NCBI GenBank assembly: GCA_963788645.1
Contig: CAWBHF010000021.1
Location: forward strand, 3,410 to 67,409
Direction: 5' to 3'
Length of the DNA: 64,000 nucleotides
DNA from: an uncultured Acidobacteriota bacterium
GTDB taxonomy: Bacteria > Acidobacteriota > Terriglobia > Terriglobales > Acidobacteriaceae
In this document: positions 24,824 to 33,653 of the stretch, one piece after another
Position numbering within the stretch: the stretch's first letter is position 1
Layout of the letters: every line of letters starts with the position of its first letter
Notes under the pieces: model-generated
Databases searched by the model: none
Told to the model about the DNA's origin: nothing
What the model saw: only the letters and a program-made list of their open reading frames with translations
Translations under genes and position numbers: made by a program

Positions 24824-26344
24824 ATGAAGATGAAGCTGTTGTTAGCCGGCGGAATCGCACTGAGCTTGAGTGCATTGGCTCAAACCAATCCTCAAACGAC
24901 AGTCGCCGTCGAGCCCATGGCGCAGACGCCCACGTTTCGGGTGGTCGTAACTAGCCGTACCACGCAGGCGGTCAATTATAAGCATCGCAGCGGCGCGACG
25001 AAGGTGGATTTCGCGGGTACGGACCTTATGCCTGCTGCGAACGGACAAGCCAAAGTAGAAAGCAAGAAGGGATACATCGAAATCGAGGTGGAATTTGGCA
25101 ACCTGCGAAAACCTACGACTTTCGGCGGTGAGTATCTGACCTATGTCCTCTGGGCAGTCTCGCCCGAGGGACGGGCGGTGAACTTGGGAGAAATTCTTGT
25201 GGGCGACAACCATCGCAGCAAGGTGGATGTCACCACTGATCTTCAGGCCTTCGCTTTGGTCGTCACAGCCGAACCCTATTATGCGGTGCGACAGCCCAGT
25301 AATGTGGTCGTGCTCGAAAACGTAATCCGCGCCGATGTCAAAGGGACGACCGAGGTAGTGAATGCGAAATACGAACTCATGGAGCGGGGCGGCTACATTC
25401 CGACTGGCTACAAGTTCGATCCAGTGGTTCTGAATGCCAAGTTGCCGTTGGAATTCTTTGAGGCCCGCAATGCTCTGCGTATCGCGCAATCTGAAGGCGC
25501 TGAGCAGTACGCCCCCGATACCTATCAGCATGCGGTTCAGTTGATGAACAACACGGACGAATACGCGACCAGCAAGAACATCCAGAAAAAGCCGCTGATC
25601 ACGGTCGCCCGAGAGGCTGTCCAAACTGCCGAAGACGCTCGCGCCATCGCAGTGAAGAAGATGGATGACGAACGTCAAGCCAACGAACGCCAAGCTTCGA
25701 CCGACGCGCAGGCACAGTCGCAAGCCCAAGCCGACGATGCGAACCGGCAGAAAGAGCAGGCTCAGTCGGACACTGCTCAGGCCAAGTCAGATATGGCGGC
25801 AAGTCAGGCAGCATCAGCAGCGGCGGTCGCCGCGGCCCAGGCCGATGCCGACCGATCTCGCCTGAGTGCACAGCAAGCGGAAACCGACAAAGTCGCCATG
25901 CGCGCACGTTTGTCTGAACAGTTGAATTCCATTCTCGAGACTCGCGACAGCGCACGGGGACTCATCGTCAGCATGTCCGACGTATTGTTTGATACGGGAC
26001 AGTATTCCTTGAAGCCGGGAGCACGGGAGAAGCTGGCGAAGGTCGCCGGTATTCTGCTTGCCTATCCTGGACTCAACATTGAAGTCGGCGGCTACACGGA
26101 TAACGTCGGCGGCGATGACATGAACCAGAAGCTGTCCGAGAACCGTGCCGGTTCCGTGCGCGACTATCTGGTGCAAGAAGGCGTAACGACGAATTCGGTC
26201 AGCGCAAGAGGTTTCGGCAACACTATGCCTGTGGCCTCAAACGATAGCTCCGCCGGCCGTCAGCAAAACCGGAGAGTTGAACTTCTCGTATCCGGCGACG
26301 CCATCGGCAACCCGGCCAACGTAACGACCGGAAGTTTGCAGTAA
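24824..26344 (+). CDS. OmpA-family (peptidoglycan-binding) exported protein with a Q/A-rich linker
   Basis: ORF 24764-26344. The Met at 24824 follows AAGGAG and starts the signal peptide MKMKLLLAGGIALSLSALAQT. The C-terminal OmpA_C motif is FDTGQYSLKPGAREKL...NIEVGGYTDNVGGDDMNQKLSENRAGSVRDYL...NRRVELLV. Confidence 0.9.
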   Translation: MKMKLLLAGGIALSLSALAQTNPQTTVAVEPMAQTPTFRVVVTSRTTQAVNYKHRSGATKVDFAGTDLMPAANGQAKVESKKGYIEIEVEFGNLRKPTTFGGEYLTYVLWAVSPEGRAVNLGEILVGDNHRSKVDVTTDLQAFALVVTAEPYYAVRQPSNVVVLENVIRADVKGTTEVVNAKYELMERGGYIPTGYKFDPVVLNAKLPLEFFEARNALRIAQSEGAEQYAPDTYQHAVQLMNNTDEYATSKNIQKKPLITVAREAVQTAEDARAIAVKKMDDERQANERQASTDAQAQSQAQADDANRQKEQAQSDTAQAKSDMAASQAASAAAVAAAQADADRSRLSAQQAETDKVAMRARLSEQLNSILETRDSARGLIVSMSDVLFDTGQYSLKPGAREKLAKVAGILLAYPGLNIEVGGYTDNVGGDDMNQKLSENRAGSVRDYLVQEGVTTNSVSARGFGNTMPVASNDSSAGRQQNRRVELLVSGDAIGNPANVTTGSLQ

Positions 26345-26381
26345 AGCAAGAATGTCCAGTTTTGTAATGGAGGCAATATCT

Positions 26382-26921
26382 ATGAAACTAGCAGGAATTA
26401 TCGGCACGGCCGTTCTGTCTTTGACCCTGGGAGCCTCCACAGCTCCCGTTTACGCGCAACAAGAGGAACACGCCCAACAGGAAGATAAAAAGGTGCAGCA
26501 GGACAAGCCTGCCCAACAAGAAGAAAAGCACGCGCAGCAAGAGGAGAAAAAGGCAGAGCAGGCCAAGCCCGCGCAGCAAGAAGAGAAACACGCACAGCAG
26601 GAAGAGAAGAAATCAGAACAGGGAAAGCCTGCCGCGCAACACGAACAGGAGGCACAGCACTCCGATGTCAACCACGGCCGCATTCCTGAGGACCGTTTTC
26701 ACGCCAATTTTGGTCGCGAGCACGTGTTCGTCATTAATCGTCCCGTAATTGTCGAAGGGCAACCTCGCTTCCAATACGGAGGCTATTGGTTTGGATTCCG
26801 TCAGCCGTGGCCAGTGGGCTGGCTTTACACCGACAACGTGTATGTTGACTACGTCGACGGAGGGTACTTTTTGTATAACCCGTTCCATCCCGGCATTCGG
26901 GTCGTGATTATCGTGATCTAG
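26382..26921 (+). CDS. Exported hypothetical protein with ~20-aa tandem Q/E/K repeats
   Basis: ORF 26352-26921; the Met at 26382 follows GGAGG and starts a signal peptide. The repeat is KPAQQEEKHAQQEEKK(A/S)EQ(A/G). The C-terminal domain is rich in aromatic residues. Confidence 0.7.
   Translation: MKLAGIIGTAVLSLTLGASTAPVYAQQEEHAQQEDKKVQQDKPAQQEEKHAQQEEKKAEQAKPAQQEEKHAQQEEKKSEQGKPAAQHEQEAQHSDVNHGRIPEDRFHANFGREHVFVINRPVIVEGQPRFQYGGYWFGFRQPWPVGWLYTDNVYVDYVDGGYFLYNPFHPGIRVVIIVI
26457..26655 (+). repeat. ~60-bp tandem coding repeats (about 3.5 units)
   Basis: Seen in the translation: QQEEHAQQEDKKVQQD / KPAQQEEKHAQQEEKKAEQA / KPAQQEEKHAQQEEKKSEQG / KPAAQHEQEAQH. Confidence 0.7.
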
Positions 26922-26974
26922 CGTTCGACGTTCGGGAAAATATTGAATTTGAACAGAGAACATAAGGAGAAAAC

Positions 26975-27130
26975 ATGCTTGGAACTATACTGATCGTGAT
27001 TTTGGTTTTTGCACTCTTTGGTGCACTACCACGGTGGTCGCACAGCCGGGATTGGGGATATGCCCCGACCGGTGGAGTGGGACTGGTCCTTTTCATCGTG
27101 GTCATTCTCCTGGTCCTTGGCCGCATTTAG
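26975..27130 (+). CDS. DUF3309-family small membrane protein (not in the ORF track)
   Basis: My translation is MLGTILIVILVFALFGALPRWSHSRDWGYAPTGGVGLVLFIVVILLVLGRI. The RBS AAGGAG lies upstream. Confidence 0.8.
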   Translation: MLGTILIVILVFALFGALPRWSHSRDWGYAPTGGVGLVLFIVVILLVLGRI

Positions 27131-27136
27131 GCTGCC

Positions 27137-28459
27137 ATGCACCAGCCCAAAATATCGACGGGCGCCATGACTAAAGGGTGGCGCCTATTTTTTATTCGGC
27201 TTGCGGCATCTCTTCTTGTGGTGCTGATGTGCAGCGGTGGCTCGTCTGCATACTCCGTTTTGACCCACGAGGAGATTGTAGATCTGCTATGGTCGGATGA
27301 AATTCGCCCGCTGCTGCTCAGGCGATATCCGGGATTGTCTGAGGATCAGATCAAAGAGGCACACGCTTACGCCTACGGGGGCGCGGTCATCCAGGATCTG
27401 GGTTACTACCCGTTTGGCAGCACGGAATTCAGCAACCTGGTGCATTACGTTCGCAGCGGAGACTTCGTTCACGAGTTGCTAATCGAGAGTCAGGATGTGA
27501 ATGAGTATGCCTTCGCCCTGGGCGCCTTGGCACATTACGCGTCCGATATCGCCGGGCATCCCGCCGTCAACCAGGCGGTCGCAATCGAGTATCCAAAGCT
27601 ACGAGCGAAGTTTGGCGCTTCGGTCAAGTATGCGCAGGATAAAACGGCACACTTGAAAACCGAGTTCGGCTTCGACATGGTGCAGGTCGCGAAGAATCGA
27701 TACGCGTCGCAGCAGTACCACGATTTCATCGGCTTCAAAGTATCCAAATTTTTGCTGGAGCGGGTCTTCCCCGTTGTGTACGGGGTGGAGTTGAAGGACG
27801 TGCTGGCCCACGAGGATCTCGCGATCGGCTCGTATCGCTACTCGGTTAGTCGAATGATTCCGGAGATGACCCAAGTCGCGCTGCAGACCCATAAGAAAGA
27901 CATGATGCGCGAGCAACCCGACTTCGCGAAACAGAAATTCTTGTACCGTCTTTCCCGCTCGGATTATGAGAAGGATTGGGGAAAAGACTATGTGAGGCCG
28001 GGATTTGGCACGCGGGTTCTGTCAACCCTCTTGCGATGCGTGCCGAAGGTCGGACCTTTCAAGGCGTTGGCCTTCAATAACCCGACTCCGCAAACTGAGG
28101 ATTTGTATTTCAAGAGCATCAATACGACTGTCGATCAATACCGAGTCTTTCTCGAACACGTCCGCACGAGTTCACTCGTGCTTCCGGATCGTGATCTAGA
28201 TAGCGGCAAGTTGACCAAGGCAGGGGAATACTCCCTGACCGACAACACCTATGCAAGGTTGCTGTCGCAATTGTCAGAGCGGAAATTCAACCAGACGCCA
28301 CCGGAGCTGCGCGCCAACATCCTCGGCTTTTATTCCGATCTCACTGCTCCCATCGAGACAAAAAAGGACCCGGCTCGCTGGCACAGCGTATTGACATCAC
28401 TGGACCAATTAAGGCTGGCCACTCCGGCTCCGGTTGTCGCAGGCACCTCTGCATATTGA
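27137..28459 (+). CDS. Zinc-dependent phospholipase C-like family protein, exported
   Basis: 440 aa. AYSVLTHEEIVDLLW...AYAYGGAVIQDLGYYPFG...ALGALAHYASDIAGHPAVN matches the His/Asp-rich motifs of the zinc-dependent PLC superfamily. The start could be the Met at 27167. Confidence 0.75.
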   Translation: MHQPKISTGAMTKGWRLFFIRLAASLLVVLMCSGGSSAYSVLTHEEIVDLLWSDEIRPLLLRRYPGLSEDQIKEAHAYAYGGAVIQDLGYYPFGSTEFSNLVHYVRSGDFVHELLIESQDVNEYAFALGALAHYASDIAGHPAVNQAVAIEYPKLRAKFGASVKYAQDKTAHLKTEFGFDMVQVAKNRYASQQYHDFIGFKVSKFLLERVFPVVYGVELKDVLAHEDLAIGSYRYSVSRMIPEMTQVALQTHKKDMMREQPDFAKQKFLYRLSRSDYEKDWGKDYVRPGFGTRVLSTLLRCVPKVGPFKALAFNNPTPQTEDLYFKSINTTVDQYRVFLEHVRTSSLVLPDRDLDSGKLTKAGEYSLTDNTYARLLSQLSERKFNQTPPELRANILGFYSDLTAPIETKKDPARWHSVLTSLDQLRLATPAPVVAGTSAY

Positions 28460-29205
28460 TCTGCACCCTCAAGACAATTATGCACCGGCTGGACTTGAGT
28501 CGTGTTTGCTGAGACTGCCCGAGCTTGTCCGCCGTACGCCGACGCTGATTCGCTCCCAAATCAGGTCACGTGCTGCCGAATTAGATGGCTATCGAACGAT
28601 TTCCGCCAACACCAAGAAGAAACGGTTCCTGCAGCGATGAAGCGGAGCAAAACGCCACATTCCCCCGAATTGAGAGGGTGGTGCTTTACTGTGCATCCGC
28701 ATATTTCGAATCACTTGTTTTTCCCTGATTAAGGCATATCCCTCTTTCCCGTTTGGGGTTTAGCACAAGCCGCGGCGCACTGATTTCCATCAGCATTTTG
28801 CAGTCTCGGATGGCCCTCGACTGATCGGCCGTGAGTCGGAGCAAAACTCCCACCGACTTGCTACGTTATCGCCGGATGCCCGGGCACAGAAAGCTAGGCT
28901 CGACTCCTATAACTTGGCCGATAGTAAGGCACAGACATCGCCCGTGTCCTGAGTCCGCTGCTGAGGAAACCAGTACCGAAAACACGCGTCAACTTCCACA
29001 TCGGGGCCGACCTTCCACTCAAGAATCCAAGATGGCTAGAGGAAGGCTGGTGCTCGTAGCAGTGCCAGTTGGCGATCCTCAGCGGTGCGCTCCCGTGCGG
29101 CGGCATGCAGAGATACCCAGCGCGACAAGCATTTTGAAATGAGATGATTAGCTTCAAAATGCAGTCCGTTGCAGCTTCCGGCTCCCGGATGCAAAGTACT
29201 CCCAG

Positions 29206-29267
29206 CGGGACTTAAAATCCCGAGTTCCGAAAGGAACGTACCGGTTCGATTCCGGTCCCGGGCACCA
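29206..29267 (+). tRNA. 3' two-thirds of a tRNA-Leu(UAA): anticodon arm, long variable arm, T-arm, acceptor 3' strand and CCA. The 5' acceptor/D-arm is not recognisable, so this is a fragment or pseudogene.
   Basis: Anticodon arm CGGGA-CTTAAAA-TCCCG (anticodon TAA). Variable arm GTTCC-GAAA-GGAAC. T-arm ACCGG-TTCGATT-CCGGT. Then CCCGGGC-A-CCA. The required 5' strand GCCCGGG is absent; the upstream sequence GCTCCCGGATGCAAAGTACTCCCAG cannot form the acceptor or D stems. Confidence 0.55.
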
Positions 29268-29509
29268 CGAACTCTAGCCGTTCCCTAGGTTCACTGCACA
29301 GTCGCGTCGCCGGGTTTAAGATCGGCCCGGATAGGGTAGCGGAGTGAACGGTAAGTCCGATCAACTGTTCTTCACTGCAGGCCTGAACGAATGCCAACGG
29401 TTTGTTCGGCGTGATCAACTTCAAACAGAGATAGTCGGCGTTCCCAAGATTCGGAGTCCGGCCAGATAACGCTGAATCGAATGCGAGATTCGGTTTAGAC
29501 GGCCGGAGC

Positions 29510-30850
29510 TCAAACTTTCTGAAACTGACCCCGGGATGCGGCGTCAGGACGGATCGGTTCGTGCGACTGGGGAAGTTTGTTCAGTTTTCGCCAACGTGGC
29601 GTTTCCCACAAGTATCGGGAACTCGACCCCAGATGAAAATTCAACCTCTGCAATACAAACTGCCATTGCAGACGACTTGCTTTCAGAACGCTCACAGCGG
29701 TCCCGTCGGAAGGAACCGCAATCTGTACCGGCTGCTTCCAGGGAAACAACCTTTGGTGAGTAATTTCTGCCCGAACTTCGGCGTCGGGAATAAACTCCCG
29801 ATGCAGGAAGAAGGCGAGCTTGGCTGGTGAAAACAGACTCAAGTCATGACGCGGATGATCTTGAATCGCCCAGGTCCACGCATAATTCTCGAGCCATATT
29901 CTGGCCGGGGAACGGAGAGACCGCGTCCATTTCTCTACTATTGCTGGCATTGGAGCACCGAAGACCCTTTTAACCAATCCCATGACGACCGCTGCGAATT
30001 CGGCGAGACCAGGAAACTCCTGCATGCGAACATCGAGCCGATCCCAGAATTGGGTGTCGAGCGACTGTGCACGGAGGAAGTACCCGATTTCCAGCAGCCA
30101 GCATAATTTCACCCAGCATTCCAACGCGTGCTGGAATACGTGAAGTATCTGCAGCACAAAAGCATCTTCCGCTCTCAATACAGGAAAGCTCAGCCCCCGC
30201 CACTCGTGACTAACTGTATGGTCCAAGCGAAATTCTGACTCATTTACTGGCACACGATGCGCTTTCTGGTTCCAGAACGCAAGGTGCAGTTCCACCAGCG
30301 GCTCTGTCGCACGCGAGTACTGGTCATCTGAGAGTGTCGGAATTCTGGAGGATGGCTTGAGAAACTTGAATTCGAGGTCAGAGAACCGCTGCAGGCGGTA
30401 ACCCGATTCCTCAAGTACAGCCCGCGCCAGCGGCAAGGACGGTTTGTCCACCAAGTAATCCAAATCGCTCGGCGAGCGCAGAACTGCATCCGGACAGAAT
30501 GACGGCACCAGAGAAAAACCTTTAATCGCAGCATAATTCACGCCCGCCCGTTCAAATCTTTGGTTCAGCGAACCAAACTCGGCGGCAAGATAATCGACAC
30601 GCCGCTGGTTATCGGCAAGATTCTGTTTAAAACGAGCCAATACTTCAAGCGGGATTAGCTCGGCAGCGCCTATACTCTTCTGCCGCTGCAACAAGTAGAG
30701 AGTCAGGCCCGCCCTGTCGAGCCAATTAAACGTACGTTCCCAATCACGAAGGCGAAACTTCTTGAGTCCCTCGCATGTTCCTGCGGACAAACTCAAGCAG
30801 CTGACGATGGCTTCGGCTAGGCTTCGGTTCACGATGTTCTCTCGACACAT
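29510..30850 (-). CDS. Uncharacterised nucleotidyltransferase family (NTP_transf_5-like) protein
   Basis: ORF 29510-30928. I prefer the Met at 30850 (MCRENIVNRS...) because upstream of it the frame overlaps the preceding gene. AAIKGFSLVPSFCPDAVLRSPSDLDYLV is the typical G-S...D-x-D nucleotidyltransferase motif of this family. Confidence 0.75.
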   Translation of the reverse strand: MCRENIVNRSLAEAIVSCLSLSAGTCEGLKKFRLRDWERTFNWLDRAGLTLYLLQRQKSIGAAELIPLEVLARFKQNLADNQRRVDYLAAEFGSLNQRFERAGVNYAAIKGFSLVPSFCPDAVLRSPSDLDYLVDKPSLPLARAVLEESGYRLQRFSDLEFKFLKPSSRIPTLSDDQYSRATEPLVELHLAFWNQKAHRVPVNESEFRLDHTVSHEWRGLSFPVLRAEDAFVLQILHVFQHALECWVKLCWLLEIGYFLRAQSLDTQFWDRLDVRMQEFPGLAEFAAVVMGLVKRVFGAPMPAIVEKWTRSLRSPARIWLENYAWTWAIQDHPRHDLSLFSPAKLAFFLHREFIPDAEVRAEITHQRLFPWKQPVQIAVPSDGTAVSVLKASRLQWQFVLQRLNFHLGSSSRYLWETPRWRKLNKLPQSHEPIRPDAASRGQFQKV

Positions 30851-30861
30851 TCTGTCATTAG

Positions 30862-31242
30862 TCAGATTAGCGCGGGTGTTGGCCAAACTGCTTTTTGTCC
30901 GCTTACCAACTTTTGCGAGATAAAACAAATTTCGGGGCGGGCTTGCCCGTCCCGTGCAACGATACTCCGCCGCCCCAAGTCCATAAAGGGAAGCCCATCG
31001 TGGCTCAGATGATTGATATGCGATCGATGTCTGACTTCGAGGAGGTCTTCGGATTCGGCCACAACTCTTCGAACAAAATCGACAACGTCGGGAGCACCCG
31101 CCACGCGGCTCGCAGCCAGTCGGAATAAGAGGTTCGCGACCGCGTAGCGGTTTGTCCGCACACGAATGCTTACCGCGGAGACTCGCAACCTAGTTTCGAT
31201 CAATGCTTCGGTAAATCTCTTGATGAGATCTGCTGGTGACAT
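30862..31242 (-). CDS. Hypothetical protein, co-directional with and 11 nt upstream of the nucleotidyltransferase gene
   Basis: ORF 30862-31248 has a TTG start. The ATG at 31242 lies 8 nt after GGAG. No recognisable domain. Confidence 0.5.
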   Translation of the reverse strand: MSPADLIKRFTEALIETRLRVSAVSIRVRTNRYAVANLLFRLAASRVAGAPDVVDFVRRVVAESEDLLEVRHRSHINHLSHDGLPFMDLGRRSIVARDGQARPEICFISQKLVSGQKAVWPTPALI

Positions 31243-31323
31243 CCACAACTCCGGCGAAATCGTGGATGTTATAGGAACCGGGGCTTACGATTCGTCACCG
31301 AATCGTAAAATCTTAGTAATTTT

Positions 31324-31656
31324 TTATGCCGAGGGAAGACCGAAAGTCCCGTCCACCACTTCCACAAAATTTCTCTCTTCGCGGAGAATAATGCGCCGCC
31401 TCTGCGCCATGGCAAAATTCTCACGCGCTTCCGGATCTGACTTCAGCCGTGCCCGATAGGCTTCATAGTCGGCGAGACTTTCGAATGCGATCAAGCCCCA
31501 CGCCACATCGTTGGTGCCTTCGTGGGGAAGAAAATATCCGACCAGATGGCCGCCGCAGCGGGGAATGATGCGGCCCCAATTCTCGGCGTACGTCTTAAAC
31601 TCGTCTCGCTGAAACGGATCAATCTGGTAGCGGATAACGCAGGTTATCATTGCCAT
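31324..31656 (-). CDS. NIPSNAP family protein
   Basis: 110 aa: [71 protein letters not shown]. Confidence 0.85.
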   Translation of the reverse strand: MAMITCVIRYQIDPFQRDEFKTYAENWGRIIPRCGGHLVGYFLPHEGTNDVAWGLIAFESLADYEAYRARLKSDPEARENFAMAQRRRIILREERNFVEVVDGTFGLPSA

Positions 31657-31733
31657 CCTCCCGTGGAAGTTTGGGGCTCGCGTTATCGAGTTTGCATCTT
31701 GCCCAACATCAACGCTTCGTTTAGTATCAAACT

Positions 31734-32435
31734 ATGAATGTGGGACGCAATGCTGACGCTGCGGTCTCCAGTATTGCGGCAGCCATCGGCGAGCCGGCGC
31801 GAGCTCGCATGCTTTACTCCCTCATGGATGGTCATGCACGAACCGGCATCGAGCTCGCCGTGGTGGCGGGTGTGACTGCGTCAACCGCGAGCGTGCACCT
31901 GCACCGGCTGGAGTCAGCACAACTGGTTAAGGTTCTGGCCCAGGGAAAACATCGTTTCTACAGTTTGGAAGGACCGAACGTGGCCAGTGCGCTGGAAGGA
32001 CTCAGTGTCCTTGCCGGCGGCTCTACCAAATTCATGCCGACCACCCCGAGCAGGCTGCGCTCTGCGCGAACTTGCTACGATCACCTGGCGGGCGCGGTCG
32101 GAGTGTCGCTTCATGACCGTTTCCAGGCATTGGGATGGCTGTCGACTATCTCGGGAGGCCGCGATAATTCCTACGATGTCACCCCATCCGGAACGAAGGC
32201 GTTTGAAGCGCTTGGCATCGACCTTCAGGCAACCCGCGCTCTGCGCCGACGGTTCGCGTACGCATGTCTGGATTGGAGCGAACGGCGGCCTCATCTCGGT
32301 GGGGCGTTGGGAGCAGCAATCCTGAAAGTCGCGCTGAGCAAAAAGTGGGTAGTCAAGGATCTTGATAGTCGAGCATTGGGTGTCACGAGCCTGGGGCGGC
32401 GTGAAATACAGGCGCGACTCGGCATTCCGACGTAA
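31734..32435 (+). CDS. ArsR/SmtB-type winged-helix transcriptional regulator with a C-terminal extension
   Basis: 233 aa. IAAAIGEPARARMLYSLMDGHARTGIELAVVAGVTASTASVHLHRLESAQLVKVLAQGKHRFYSL. The gene is divergent from the NIPSNAP gene. Confidence 0.85.
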   Translation: MNVGRNADAAVSSIAAAIGEPARARMLYSLMDGHARTGIELAVVAGVTASTASVHLHRLESAQLVKVLAQGKHRFYSLEGPNVASALEGLSVLAGGSTKFMPTTPSRLRSARTCYDHLAGAVGVSLHDRFQALGWLSTISGGRDNSYDVTPSGTKAFEALGIDLQATRALRRRFAYACLDWSERRPHLGGALGAAILKVALSKKWVVKDLDSRALGVTSLGRREIQARLGIPT

Positions 32436-32482
32436 GGGAAACCAGCGGGCCCCAGATCGCTGGCCACGCAGCAAAGGTCTTT

Positions 32483-33628
32483 TTACACGGAAGCTACAGC
32501 CTGGGCCGCGAGAGGAGAGGGATTTCTCTGCTTGCGAAGTTCGCTCATGAAGCTTTCAGAAGTAAATTCAGTGCTTCTCTGAAAAAGTTCGAGTAACGGA
32601 TCTTCGATGTCGTCCAAAACTCCCTGCTGAGCTAGTGCAGGTTCGACATCAATCATGCCTTCAGGTTCTACCACCAGTTCGGGTTGAACGCCATGGCTGT
32701 TCTTAAGCGCGTGGATAAATTTTTCCAAGTGTTTGCGTTGCTGATTGGTAGTTCGCGTAAACTCCACTCCCATTCCGATCTCGGGGTGCATCACGCGGAC
32801 TACGCCTTCGGCCCGGCTTTCGAGCTTTGCCATCCTCATGGTCAGTACAATTCTTGTATTTGTGGGAAGGGGCGCAACCATCTCCAGGTAGCAACCACCT
32901 GAACTAAGGTCGGTGAGTTTGCAGGGAGCCGGCGGATCGTCGGGCTCCATCTCCGGTGAATGGCGGGCTAACCACGCCTTGAGCAGGTCACGCTGTTCGG
33001 CAGCCAGATTTACAAAGCGAATACCTGCCTGGGCACCGCCGCTGTCCCACGCCAGTTCTGCCGCGCATTCGAGGTTGTCGTCGGACCCTGGCAGTGTGAA
33101 CTTCACACGCATAGGCTCGGATTCCTTGGCGCGACGCGAGAGTTTGAGAGACATGCCGCCCTGACTGATGTCCGAAGTGACTGCCTTTCTCTGGCCTGCC
33201 CCTTTCTCGCTGATCAAAGCTACCGGAATCTGAACAGGAACACGAGTGTTGCGGCGGCGTTCGCACTTCATCAGAGCGCGAGCTGCGCGAAAACTGGTTC
33301 GGGCACGTTCCGCGGAGATGGGTTTGTAGAGAACAAAATGAGCACCCAGTGCGAAAGCGCTGCGCACGGCTTTTTGACCGTCGATCATTGCTACCGCGAT
33401 GGAACGCTTGTTGCAAGGAGCAGAACGGACACTCTTCAAAGCCTGAGCTGCCATGTCTTCGTCGTTGCAGTCAACGACCACAGCTTCGAATCTTCCCCGA
33501 GTCAGTTTGCGGACAGCCGAATCTGCATCGATGCAAAGTTCCACGCCAATTTCCAGGTCGCTGAGGACACGCCGCAGCACCCGTATGATCTTGTCGTCAG
33601 AACACAGAACCAGAGCTTGCAGATTCAT
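32483..33628 (-). CDS. Receiver-domain protein with two PilZ-like domains
   Basis: 381 aa. The N-terminal REC-like part is LVLCSDDKII...EAVVVDCNDED...FVLYKPI. It is followed by two RRxxxR...D-x-S-x-GG segments (ERRRNTRVPV...TSDISQGGMSL and CKLTDLSSGGCYLE). Confidence 0.8.
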   Translation of the reverse strand: MNLQALVLCSDDKIIRVLRRVLSDLEIGVELCIDADSAVRKLTRGRFEAVVVDCNDEDMAAQALKSVRSAPCNKRSIAVAMIDGQKAVRSAFALGAHFVLYKPISAERARTSFRAARALMKCERRRNTRVPVQIPVALISEKGAGQRKAVTSDISQGGMSLKLSRRAKESEPMRVKFTLPGSDDNLECAAELAWDSGGAQAGIRFVNLAAEQRDLLKAWLARHSPEMEPDDPPAPCKLTDLSSGGCYLEMVAPLPTNTRIVLTMRMAKLESRAEGVVRVMHPEIGMGVEFTRTTNQQRKHLEKFIHALKNSHGVQPELVVEPEGMIDVEPALAQQGVLDDIEDPLLELFQRSTEFTSESFMSELRKQRNPSPLAAQAVASV

Positions 33629-33653
33629 CGCGGACGAACTCCGTTAACCACGT

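Noticed and set aside
26940-26955. Fifth copy of the Crp/Fnr-type box upstream of the DUF3309 gene (TTTGAACAG right arm)
   Set aside because: The left arm (ATATT) does not match, and the site is only ~20 nt from the start codon, which is incompatible with the promoter geometry of the other four. Likewise, TGTGCAGCATGACA at 11438-11451 has only the left arm and the wrong spacing.
29181-29267. Calling a complete 87-nt tRNA-Leu(UAA) gene
   Set aside because: The length would fit, and CCCGGATG resembles the usual 5' end. However, the 5' strand (GCTCCCG) leaves two C-C mismatches against CCCGGGC, and no D-stem can be drawn. I report only the 3' fragment, and tRNAscan-SE should arbitrate. The short repeat CCCGGGCAC at 28868 is probably chance.
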